This document shows positions 26,284 through 40,000 of a stretch of 64,000 nucleotides of DNA, one piece after another. The stretch is from Octopus bimaculoides (lineage: Eukaryota): the NCBI RefSeq assembly GCF_001194135.2, contig NC_068981.1, positions 109,177,654-109,241,653 on the forward strand, in the 5' to 3' direction. A program made the translations under genes and the position numbers. Positions within the stretch are counted from its first letter, which is position 1, and every line of letters starts with the position of its first letter. The notes under the pieces are model-generated. The model was not told the origin of the DNA and did not search any database. It was given only the letters and a program-made list of their open reading frames with translations.

Positions 26284-29200
26284 CACACATTCATTTTTTA
26301 CATTTAACTATTTTCTAATTATTTATTTACTTTCTTACTTTATTTAACCTATATTCTAATTTCCAAAAACTCAAAATTCTCAAATTATAATAATCTTTAG
26401 TCATTGATCAGAATGAACAAATTATTTTTGTTGTTGGTAATGTTTAATGTATTAATTATTAAATGATTTAAGCCTGAAAACTAATTTATGTGTTCATAAC
26501 AAATTAAGAAAATATTTTATTGAGTATGCAAACATTGTTTCTAATATTGTTTGTTGCCCATCACATAGTCATTGCTAGTTAATTTTTTAATATTCCCTCT
26601 TTTAGATATGTTAAACGTAACTTAACTATTTTGTAAACAATTCTATTTTTCTACATCAACTAGTGTACATTCTCATATATTTATTGTTTCACTCATCACT
26701 GCTTCAGCAAGTACAGTAATGGCTATACTTCACTAATAAATTCATGATATGACTGAAACATATCGTGAATTGTCTTCCATACTTCTTAAAATAATTAAAA
26801 TAATAATAGCATATTCACTAAAGCACTTTCCCTCCTCACGTAATTAATTCTAATTAGCTTTTTTTAATTCTCCCTGCATTGAAACATTAACTTTAACTAA
26901 ACTATTACATGCATTTATAGTTTGTGTGTATCTGCATGTGCATATATATATTTCACAGGATTTTCGTAACAAAGAAAAAAACCTAGTTAAAGATTTGAGT
27001 GAAGCCAGCAGTAAAAGCATTCAACTGGAATGTAAGGTGAGTGATATATTTCAGCTGAAGTTTAAGTTTCTATTCCTTTTTAGTTGACAAAATAAAGCTT
27101 AGTTTTCTTAAGTTCTGAATCAAGGCTTAATTACTTGCATCCTGCACATCGCCATCGTCGTCAATATTTAATGTCCATTCTGTATATTGGTATGGACAGG
27201 GTAGGTCAGCAATACTGAATTTCTCAATGCATCAAGATCCTGCATCATCTCAACTGTAAGATACCAATCTTTTTAGGTTTTATGTAACTATCATTCAAAT
27301 TTTGCTTGGCCTACCTCTTTTGATAGCAATTTTTTCACTCAGTATGCATTATCTGATAACACTGTTTTTTCAATAATAAATACTTACTAGGAGCATTCAC
27401 ATGTTTGTTTGTTATACCTATAATAGCAACTGAGTTTCTGTCAAAGATAAAAACTTCTTTTTAAAAAATTGGAAGTAGACATTGGATTGGTGTAATCCTA
27501 GATATAATCATCATCATTTCATTTCTACTTTCCATGCTGGCATGAGTTGGATGCTTCAACAGGATCCAGTGGGTTGGAGACCATATCTTCCTCTGAGTTG
27601 TCAGTTTTAGCTGGATATCCTTCCTAACACCAATCACTATACTGTAACCCTTTAGTATTCATATTACTCTGTTAAATGTAATGCTTTTTTATTCATATTG
27701 TTTTTAATTAATCCTGCATTATTTTGTAGCTTCGAAAGTTTGATGATGTGACTGTATATTTTTAAAATGACATTGAAGGGTAGGTGTGATAAGCTAGATT
27801 TGGTAAGTTTGAACACAAAACAGATAGCATATTTAGGCTGGATATGGCCGGTTTAAATACTAAAGGGTTAAAAAGGATTGTATGGTCAAGGTTGAAATAT
27901 TTTTGATCATAGATCTTCTGCTCATTTAGATCTAACCTGGAGCTAAACTGCAATAGCTAGAAGGAAAGCTCCAAGCTGTAAGGTAAGTGGAATGCTTGAA
28001 CTAGGAATAGAAAGGGTATTACAAATATTGCTATCTGAGAGCTTAGAACCACCATACAACACATGTAATCCCAAGAAAGAACAAACTACTTTTTATATGT
28101 GTCACTAGACCCATCAAAAATAGTAGCCAAATTTCAATCAAATGACAGTCTCCTTGGTAATAGAAGTAGTCCTTGGTAAAAGATGAGATGATCACTAGTG
28201 TGATACCTTTGATCATAAGGTCTGATCAGTTACAATTGACTTGGGCCTAAGCAACAACAACAAGTGCTAATTTATTGAATTATATTTTTCAATAAAATTA
28301 TTGTTATAACTGATGAGGCAACAGAAGTAAGTATTGAGTCAAGCCATGAATAGTGAGTTATTCATTATGACCAAGATAGTGTCAGATTTCTTGTTATAAT
28401 TCTTGCTTTCTTGGACTTCTGTGTAATGGAATGTTTGTATGTGTCTGTGTACATGTTGTAATTATTGTTTTATTGCAAACTCATTAAACCAAAGTCATTC
28501 CATTAGATTCTTAGTAATAATGAAAGGAAAGAATGGAGAGATTATTGAAATGTTAGAGCGACACCATGATGTGTGTAGTGTGCAGGAAGTAAGATTAGGG
28601 GAGCCTCAACTAGATTCTTTACAGGTAAGAGACAGAGATTCAAATTCTCGTGGTTGGCAGGAAGGATTGAGTAGGTGGTGTAGGCATAATGTTAGCAGAA
28701 AAGAAGGTAGGTAAGGTAATTGAAGTAGTCAGAGTATGTGATAGGGTAATTAAGATGAGACTTATCATTGGTAAATTGACAGTTACATTTATCTCTGCCT
28801 ATGCTCCTCTGAGCTGACTGATGAGCAGAAGGACCAATTCTATGAGGTCCTTTTGCAGACTACCTCAACATCAAATGACAGAGACTTTGTTATTGTGGTT
28901 GGTAACTTCAATGGACATGTTGGACAGCATCCCCATGGATTCCAGGGAGTGCATGGTTTGGGACCTAGAAATGAGGAGGGAACAAGACTGCTGGAGTTCT
29001 GTGATGCAAATGATCTCATGATCTGCAACACTAACTTCAAAAAGCCAGCCAGCCACCTAATCACTTAGTTTGGCGAGCACATAAGCCAGATTGACTACCT
29101 CCTGGCCAGGCAACAAGGTAGATTCAATCACAAAGCTTTGGTCGATCTGGTGAATATGGAGGGTGGGGTGACACATCCCAGCCGAGCTGCAGCAATTTTT

Positions 29201-32200
29201 GTCTGGCTCCCAAAGAAACGTGCGGTCTTGCATTATCATGTTGGAAAACAACATCCTTCCTGTTGGCCAATTCTGGACGTTTCTCTTGAATTGCTGCTTT
29301 TAACTCATCCAATTGTGTGCAGTATTTCTCAGAATTAATTTTCTGATTACTTGGGAGAAGCTCATAGTGCAGAATTCCTTTCCAATCCCACCAGACACTA
29401 AGCAAGACTTTTTTAAGGTGAAGACCTGCTTTTGGGGTGGCTAAGGGTGGCCCATGTCACTTACTCCAGGATCGCTTTCTGTGAACATTTCAGTAGATAA
29501 TCCATTTCTCATCACTTGTCACAATTTGCTTTGAAAAAGGTGCGTTTTCATTCCGTTTATAAAGTTTTTCACAGATGGAACTGCGATCCAAAAGGTTCTT
29601 CTCACTCAACTCATGTGGTACCCGGACATTGTAGCGATTTGTGTACCCAAGCTTTACCAGGTGCTCATGAATGACGGATTTTGATGGGTTGAGACATTCT
29701 GCCAATTCTTGGGTTGTGTAATGTGGGTTATTCTCAATTAATGACTTGATTTGGTGACAGGGAGCATTGTCATTGTTGAAGAATCCAATTATTTGCGCTC
29801 CCCAGATCCAATCACTTTCACTGAATGCCCTCCCTCAAACACTTCAAATTGTTGCAGTAGAACTCTTGATTGACGGTCTGGCCCTGGGGGATAAATTCTC
29901 AATGCACAATACTGTGGATTTTGAAACAAATGATGAGTATGCTTTTGATTGAGCTGCAACTCTGTTGTGCCTTCTTCAGTCATAGAGATAAAGGGCTCTT
30001 CCATTGTGACGATTGTTGTTTTGTCTCAGAGTTATATCCGTAGACCCAATTCTTGTCACCAGTGATGGTCCTCAACATGAAGGTTGGGTCATGTGATGTT
30101 CTTTCTGCTCAGTGGTCAGCAGGCAGGGGACAAACTTGGTAGAGACACACTGCATGTTTAATTCAGACATTAGGATTACCTGCATGGACCCATATAACAG
30201 ACCAGCAACATCAGCAATGTCATTGAGTGTCTTCCTACGATCCTCATGCACAAGCTGATGACTTTTCTCCACATTTCTGGGGGTGATGCTCATGGCAGGT
30301 CTTTCAGATTGCTCATTGTTTTCCACTTTTGAAGCACCTGTGCCACTTGAAACACCGTATATGACCCATTGCCACATCACCATAAGCTTGCCAAAGCATG
30401 TTCAATGTCTCAGTAGCAGACTTCCCAAGTTTAACACAAAATTTCATATTGGCTTTTTGTTCCTGTCTATAACAAAATCACAGACTACAGCAAAGACGTG
30501 ATCACAAAAACACAAATTTCACAACTTGTGAAGTAAACACAGTAATGTCACTTGGCACACTGCCTCATGAAGATCACTGCTAGCTCACATTGTGCTCACA
30601 ACTGTGTACTGTCATCTGTTGGTGTGCTACAGAACTAGTTTGGAGACCTTTTTGATGATGTGTCCTGGCATTTACCAAACAGATAATAATTCATGGGGGG
30701 AATGAATTAAAGGGAGGTGTTCTCTAGAGATGGAAAACAACATTGATGAGATTTTCATGTTCAAATCTGCTATAATGTATCAAGAATGAACATAAGCATT
30801 ATTGTTTGGATTCTTGCTACCCTTCATGTACTCCATGAATTATTATTTGTTTGGTAAACATCAGCACACAAAAGGAAATAAATTCTTTGTTGATTTCTAT
30901 AAGCAAGAGCTTGTGTCCTTGTTAGATTCATTGGTCTTATGTGGTACCTTTGACTGAGGATACACACACAATGAGGTTGAAACACCACAATGTCACAAAA
31001 TCCTATTTGTCAATAAATCATGTGCGTTATGAACACACACTCATCTAAAGGGAGGAGGTGTTCTCTGATGATGGAAAACAACAGCAGCCAGTATTCATAT
31101 TTGAATCTCACAAAAGAAACAAATCAAACAGTTTATATAGAAATATTGGAGTAAATTATACACTTGAAGTCTGAGCACTTGAGAAATGAGCTTCAAAATT
31201 ATGCATCAAAATCTTAATGCATCCATGTATGCACACATATTCATATACATACCACACAATATCATAAGATGAACCCAATTCAATAGTCATATGTAACAGG
31301 GCATGTGAGTGGAACTCACAGGTTGGAGGCTAGCAGAGAGCAAAGATACAGTGACACAGGGCCAAGAAGACAGGGTTGGGGAATGAGAGGTAAGCATAGT
31401 GCATGAAGCGGAAATGTGAGAAAGAGAAGAGATATAGAGATGTTGTTTGGTTTGTTGCAGTAGAGTGTGTGAGAGGTTTTGTTGTTAAGTGTGGCTGAGA
31501 CACAGAGTGCTTCTAGAACTCAGTTTTGCTGACATGGGCAGGTCTTCTCAAGAACTTCATATCACCAGACATCTCGGTCCATTGTCATATCCTCTGTGAG
31601 GCCCAACATCCTCAGATCGGTCCTTACCACTTCATCCCATGTCTTCCTGGGTTTTCTTCTTCCATGGGTACCATCTGCTTTCAGTGTTTGGCACTTCTTT
31701 ATGCAACTGTCCTCATTCATATGCATCATGTATCCAAGCCAATGTAGTCTTCTCTCTTGCATGCTACATTTGATTCCTCTTATACCCAACTTTTCTCTCA
31801 ATACGTTTGGACTTTGTTGTACATGCGCACTGATGTTGCACACCCAATGGAGCATACTACTTTTATTTCTCTCCAGTCTACATGTCTTCTGCATTCAGAG
31901 CCCATGTCTCACTACCATGGAGTATAGCCATTCGCATACAAGCACCATATAGTCTACTTTTCACTCTGAGAGAGAGACATTTAGTTGCCAACAGAGGTAA
32001 TAGCTCACTGAACTTCCTCCACCTAATTCTTATGCTAGAGACAATACTTTCAGAGCATCCTCCACCACTGCTAATTTGGTCACCTAGGTAACAGAAACTA
32101 TCTACAACCCCAAGAGAGGTTCCTGATGTTTATGATCAATTTCACTTTTTAGTTCCTACTTTATAAATTCCTTTTTATACTAATTATCATAATCATCCTT

Positions 32201-34000
32201 ATTCATCAACATTTTAATAGTTTTTTTCATGTTTACATTATTAAAGCAGGTTTGCAATTTCTGTGCACCTTGATCCTAAAGCACGTTAGTTGTTATGACA
32301 AACCGTATCAAAATCAATACTATGCTAGAATTCTTTTCATCACTTACCCCTGCCTTTAATATGAATAGACAGATATAGAGGAATATAATATAAATAGACA
32401 AAAATATGTGGGAGAATGTACGAAAAAACAACAACAGACGAGGACAGGTGGTGTAAATAACAAAAGGATGTATTAGTATGACGCTCGGGAATACGGAAAG
32501 TCTTTGACGTTTCGAGCTACGCTCTTCAACAGAAAGAATACGGAGACAAGGAGAAAAACGCGGAGAAAAAAAAAAAAATGAACAGTTAAAGTGGAAAAAT
32601 TTTGTTAGTAATCCAATTCCACTCACAATACAATGCTTTGGTCAGCCAAAAGCTATAGTAGATACTTCCATAAGATGCCGTGCAGTGAAACTGATCCAGA
32701 TTTATCTCTCATCTATGGCTTCTGTAGGATTAAACAGATGAGCATCATTTATTTTTTTATTTTTCTTTGCCTGGGGTAGTTTGGGCTGTGTCAAGTTTGA
32801 CTTCATTTTGTTTTATTACATGAAGATAAAAGTAAAGTTTTTACCCAGTGTCACAGTACATGACTGGTCATTGTTATTGCATCAGTTGCTTTGTCTTAGT
32901 CTAAATGTTATTAATATATTCTGTTGGTCCAAGACAAGTTAACAGAAACAATAGAGCATTGGACCAAATACCAAACATTATATATTTTATTTCTCTACTG
33001 AAGAAATCATCTTTAACTGGCATCCCTCTTGTGGTCATTATAATATGTACCTGTAAATTATTTAACGTCATTTAGTCATCTAATTTGCTTCCTTCAGAGA
33101 ATTGATCCTGTGCAGCATTAACAGAAATTGATTTATTAATTAGCATCATTTTTTGCTTTGTCCATATTTTATCGATATTTAATCTATTTCTCCTATGTTA
33201 AGAAATTCTGACACCTTCTTTTCTGCTTTAGTCCTCGAAAATTGAAGTTATTTGATTTTGACTTTTAGCTATCTGATTCCGAAACCAAATGCCATGCACT
33301 TCAGGAGCAGGTCTTTGAACTGAAAGAACATATTGCTTGTTTACATTCAGAAATAGAATTAAAAGAAGTTCAAAATAAAGGTAGATATTAATAATTTCAC
33401 ACATTATCAATATATTCTCACTACATAGTAAACATGTTTAAACATGTTTACTATGTTTACTAATGACATGTTTAAACATGTCATTTCATGTATCAGTCAT
33501 CATCATCATCGTTTAACGTCCGTTTTCCATGCTAGTATAGGTTGGACAGTTTGACTGGGGTCTGGGAAGCCAGGAGGCTGCATCCCAGTCTGATCTGGCA
33601 GTATTTCTACAGCTGGATGCCCTTCCTAACGCCAACCACTCTGTGAGTGTAGTGGGTGCTTTTTACATGCCACCGGCACAGGGGCCAGAGGAGGTTGGCA
33701 ATGGCCACGATTGGTTGGTGCTTTTGTTAAATAATTTGTCTAAGATTGAAATAAAAGTTCAAAGCTGGGGTATAAGAATTGTCCAGTAAAATCAGTGTTA
33801 TTGATGATAAGGTTGAATTGCTTCAAGTTAGATGGTGAAGAGCAGGGAAATGAACAGTAAGAATTTTGCTTCACAACCTTGTGATGATTTCCATTCTGAT
33901 CCCACTGCATTCTGATCCCACTGATACCTTATACAAGTATTTCTACTAGAGCCTTGGATTGACAGTGAAATTTGGTTTATGGAAACTGTATGAAAGCGTG

Positions 34001-34066
<66 letters not shown>

Positions 34067-37000
34067 CCCAGACTTACCAGCTTGTCAAACTGTTCAACCC
34101 ATGCAAGCATGGGAGGTAGACATTAAATGTTAATGATGAATGAAGATTATATATGTATATATGAATTCATAAAATTTTTCTTGATAATGTATACTTGAAT
34201 AATTGTTTGCTTTTATTAAAACTAATTAATAAGCAGTTTTCTTTATTATTATTATTATTATTATTGTTATTATTATTATTATCATTATTATTATTATTAT
34301 TATATACAGTTCATATCTGCAATTGGAAATATTTCTTTCCAGTTTCTGTGTTGATATACTTCACTAAGGGATATGCTCAACTGATTATGGTCAAACAACT
34401 GACAAGCAAATCTGTGGTATTGAGCAGAATATTTGCTGTAGCCCATCTTTTATACCAAAACAAAACAATTTGTTGTTGTTGTCGTCGGCGGCGGCGGTGG
34501 TGGTGGTGGTGGTGGTGGTGAAAAGCTGGATATATTACTTGAAGTCCAGAATTCACTCTCACCAGAGTTAGCTTTACTTAACTGTGTATTCTCTGAATAT
34601 ATTATTGTGATAGCAATTAAAGAATGTCTGAAAAAATTCTAGATCAGGGATGAGCAACTTTTCGTCAACTGGGGGCCCCACATCATACCAATTTCAAGTG
34701 GAAGGGGTTTGCATGATAAAACACACATGCATGAAATATTACTTGCCCACTTTACACTGAATTTTTTGCAGTTCTTCTTAATTTTATTTGTCTTAGTATG
34801 AAAGTTTACATTGAGCTGGCATCTCTTTCATTATTTTCTAATGATAATAATGATGATTACTAGTGTAAATAAATTATAGTTTAAAATATTGAGGTAATAA
34901 AAAGAAAATTCATTGATATTTTATTAAAGAACAATTTCATTATCTGTATCAATGACATTCACATTCTTTACCAATATTTTCAATATTAGGTAGAATTTGA
35001 GATGTCACTACTCTTAGGTTATGCTGCAAATGCTCATTAGTGAGTCTTGACTTAATTTTTGACTTAGTTTTAGAAAGAGAGTGATGCTTTAAAACAGAGA
35101 AAGCATAGCATGTACACTGTACAACAAGAGAGAGAAGGAAGGAGGGATGATGAAGTTAAATGCAAAAGTAAAGTGCAAGTTTAAGAGGTGAGAGACAATA
35201 AGGTTAATAATTGGAAAATTTGAGAAAAATTTTTTGCTTGTAAAAATTAGTAACCTAGAAACTCATTGAGGGCCACACAGCAACATGTTGAGGACCGCAT
35301 GCAGCCTGCAGGCCACAGGTTGCCCATGCATGTTATAGATCTTTCTGATTCTTTTTATAAATGTAAAGCTGATTGAACCACAAGTTATTTACTTAACCTA
35401 TATGACAGATGCTTTTTCTATTTTACTTGCCCCAGCAAAAATTAGTCTGTTTCATACTCTTTGTATTTTTAAATAAATTTTATCCTGCAGATATGTTAGA
35501 ACAAAAAAGAAATGAATTCAATGAGAAAATCAAACACTTCGAAGAAATTCAAAAGAAAGAGGTATGCATCATTGTCATGATCACTATTACACCACAACCA
35601 TTATCATCACTGTCATCATTTTTCCTCTACATTTCACTCCTTCACTATTCACTCTGACTTAATGACCATTTGTGCTTTTCTTCCTTATGTATTGTGTATC
35701 AGTGTCATTATATTTATTAATAAGTGAGTCCAAGGAGGAGGAGCAGTGCCTTGATCTTTGCAGGCTCTAGCAAGATTAGTGTGTTTGATGTTGAGTTTGC
35801 ATACTTGTGGTTTAGTGTGTGAAAGAGAAAATGGAGGGTAAGAAACTCAAAAGGAAAGATCTATGATGTGTAGAAGTAAACTGTCTCAGGATAAAATAGT
35901 AGACTAGTAATTCTCAGGTTGAGTGTTCAAACTCACTGTAGGTAAATTATGTCACTGGATGGTACACTTAATTCTATGTACACCAGTTCACCCAACTCTA
36001 TGAAATAGGTGCCAGATCCTTCAGGAATGTTACCTACTATAGGTTTATTTTTCACTCATCTCAAACAAATGAAATTAAACATTGACACATGAGGGCCATT
36101 CAAGATTTAAAAGACAATATTAAGTAGAGATAAATTGTCTTAATGATATACTAGCTGTAGACATCCCATCTCTGACTATTTCTCTAGATTTCAGTTTCTT
36201 GTTCCTATTGTAGTGTTGAACCATTTTGCTGTTTTGATCAAAAGTTCATTTTGCTATTTTATTTTATTTTACTCATTTACTCCAAAATAATTTTACGTGC
36301 AGAAATTCTCTTGAAATACACATGTAATATGAGATGCATTGGTTGGCCTTATTGGAAATGGTTGGTTTTTGTCACTTTTGCTTATAATCAATACAAGAAC
36401 ATCCTTCTACTGTTATGTTTGTCCAATAAGTCAACTTCATGTACTTACATGAAGAAAGCCATTCCATTTCTGTCAAATATTTTTTTTATGTAACTGTACA
36501 AATTATATTCAAAATATATATTCAGAAATTAGGTTTTAGTTTTGAACACTGGAAATTTGTATAACACTACTTTTTATATTACCCTGTTGTTTTTCTATTC
36601 AATGCCCATTATTGGTGTAATATTAGGATTAGTGAGAGTCTTGCTGACACATGCACAATTTCTTGTCACTCATATTATCTGTTGCTGATTTAGTTAGGTA
36701 CAAATTTGAGGATAGCAATAAGCAAATATACAAATCTAGCAAACAGGTAAATAGAATTTACTTCGCAACAGCTGTGCCAGTAAGTTGTAGTAACAGGCAT
36801 CAAATCGTTTTGTCATGTTTTGTTTGTGATTAACAGTACATTCTACTGTTCTGTTTTGTTTTGTTTGTCCCATTTACTCCTCAAGATAATTTTGTGTGCA
36901 GAAACTCACTTGAAGTATGTATGCTTTGTTTGAGATGTATCAGTTGTACCTGCTAGAAATGGTCTGGTTTGTTTTGTTCTGTTCATATTTCAAAAGAACA

Positions 37001-40000
37001 ACATTCTGCTGTTATGTTTATGCAATAAGTTGATGTCATTTTAGCACATGATGAAAGCCATTTCGGCATTTTTTAATTTTTTATGTGATACAAATTATAT
37101 TAAAAATAGACATCAGCTTCAAATATTGGAGAGTATTTTTTGATTCAACTAATGTTATTGGAATATTAGAATTAGTAAAGTCACATTTGGGTGAGATACA
37201 GCAGAAGTAACAAGAGAGGGAAGAGAGGTGGAGGGAATATGTAGATAGCTAGTTTGGAGAAGCAAAGGTTATTATAGTAACATGAATTGAGGAAAAGAGA
37301 GAGGAAATAGCACATATGTGAGCTAGTGGTTGATGCATGTTGATGAATTAATCTTTGCCACTTACCAAATAAACTTCTCTTCTTATATGTAACAACAGAT
37401 ACATCCCATATATATGAGCTGTAATCCTATGTTGGTAATCCAAGTTTTGTAGAGGGCCTGCAACTGATCAGTGCTAAGGTATTTTCTGTATTTTCTGATC
37501 CTAATGAAAAATTTTACTATTTGTAATGCAGTTTTGGCAATATTATCGAAATTTGGCATGGGAGATCACCAGAGAGAGAAAGAGAAAGTTAGAAAGTTAG
37601 ACCATAATTAGAAATGCTGGGAGACAAGAATGATCTCTCTATAAGTATGTGATTATGTTTTTTGTGTTGTTTAAAGAAACTTATTTGTCATGTTTCCATT
37701 GGAAAATGTTTTAATGTCTTCCCTCTATCCCTGGAGACAGTGGAGGTCTGGTGTGAGGTGTCAGTATTGTATGTGGGTGATATGAATTGTTAAGGTGAAG
37801 TAAAGAGTGATATCATCTGTGCAGAATTCTACATTGTAGATATTTGATGTATTAAAAAGAAGGATGTGAGAAGCACAAACTTGGCATACACCAGAGTTAA
37901 TAGACAGGAGTGATGTTGGAGAGAATGTAAACTATTTCTTAACAATTGGTTTTAGTTAGAATTTTTGTATGTATGTATGGTAAAAGAAGTATATGTCCTT
38001 AGATGTGAAAAACTTTTACTTTGTAAGAATTTTGGTGTTCTCACTGTTTTTTGTGTCTGTATACTTAAGCTCTTTTCAATCTTGTATTCCTATGCTTTTA
38101 ACTTAATTATTTTACTGAACTTTATTTTTATTAAAGACCACCTGTTTATTAGTTTTAGCCTAATTTCAGGGGAAGGAGGCCATGTGTGTAAGTGTTTCAT
38201 TACTTTATTTGGTTAAATTTATTACATTTTTAGATGTTTTAAGTTATTAACACTTAGTTTTTAAAATGTATCATAATGAGCTTAGTGTTTTGTTTATTGT
38301 CATGCCAGTGAGGTAGTGTGAAAGAAAGACCCTCTCAAACGACAAAGAGACAATGAGTGGCTAACAAGTAAAATGAAAGTGAGTGGAAGGATGAGATATT
38401 TATCACACTGTCCTACTGCTAAACAGGGCAAGAGTGAGAGAATATGAATGAGAGTGGGTTGAAATAAAGGCTAGCTTTATGTTACTATAAGCAATCTTCA
38501 TATACTGATAATAACAACCAAAACTTAAAGAATAAAAAAATTCTATAATAAAAAAAATAACACATTAGGCTGTCAGCATCGAATCAAGTGGAATTTTACT
38601 TTCATTTTAATAACAAAACATGGGAAATATTTTTATGTAATTTGTGAGACCATAATCTGAGGCCTCTGCCAGGAGTGTAGCCAGCCCACCTATGCGTACC
38701 TTTCCTTCATTGGACACTAAACTTTGTTTGCGAAGACCTGTTGAGGCAAATAAAATCGATCCAAATTCAACGGCTGGCACCCATGCCAACCTCTCCTTCA
38801 TTGGACACTATACTCAGCTTGCGAAGACCTGTTGGGGCAAGTGAAATCGAAATCATGATTGAACCAAATTCGATGACTGGCACCTGTGCCAGTGGAGCGC
38901 TAAGAGCACCATCCAAGCGTGATCATTGCCAGAGCAGCTGACTGGCTTCCATGCCAGTGGCACGTAAATAGCACCATTTGAGTGTGATCATTACCAGCGT
39001 CGCCTTACTGGCACATAAAAAGACATTCGAGCGAGGTCGTTGCCAGTGCTGCTGGACTGGCTCCTGTTCAGGTGGCATGTAAAAAACACCATTTTGAGCA
39101 TGGCCATTGCCAGTACCGCCTGACTGGCCCTTGTGCTGGTGGCACGTAAAAGCACCCACTACACTCTTGGAGTGGTTGGCATTAGGAAGGGCATCCAGCT
39201 GTAGAAACTCTGACAGATCAGATTGGAGCCTGGTGCAGCCTTCTGCTTCACCAATCCTCAGTCAAATCGTCCAACCCATGCTAGCATGGAAGGCGGACGT
39301 TAAACGATGATGATGATAATTGAATGATTATAACAATATATTAAATCATATATATTGCTTATATATTAACTGATATATTGACTGGATGGACATGGCTGGA
39401 ATCCTATCATGTTATGAAGCACAGGTAAAATTTATAAGGTATTATATTTTTGCTGTTGTCTTTCAGTTTTAATTTACTTCCAAATCATTTCAGTAAAACA
39501 GGAAATAAGCAAATTTTCAATGTTTTGTAAATAATCTTTTACTTGTTTGTCATCAGACTGTGGCTATGTTGAGGCACCACTCTGGAGATTTGTTTTTTTT
39601 TTTTAGTCAAACAAATCAACCCCAGGACTTATTTTTTTAAACCTGGTACTTATTCTATCAGTCTCTTTTGCCAAACCACCAAATTACAGGGATGTAAACA
39701 CACCAGCACTGGTTGTCAAGCAATGGTGGAAGACAAACACAGATACACACACACATATATATATACGATGGTCTTCTTTCAGTTTCCATCTACCAGATCC
39801 ACTTACAAGGCTTTGCATGACCTGAGACTATAGTAGAATACACTTGCCCAAGGTGCCATGCAGTGGAGCTGAACCCAGAACCATGTAGTTGGGAAGCAAG
39901 CTTCTTACCACACAGCCACTCCTGTGCCTTTTGTGTGTGTGTGTGTGTGTGTATGGCCTGTGTAGTTGGGAAGCAAGCTTCTTACAACACAGCCACACCT

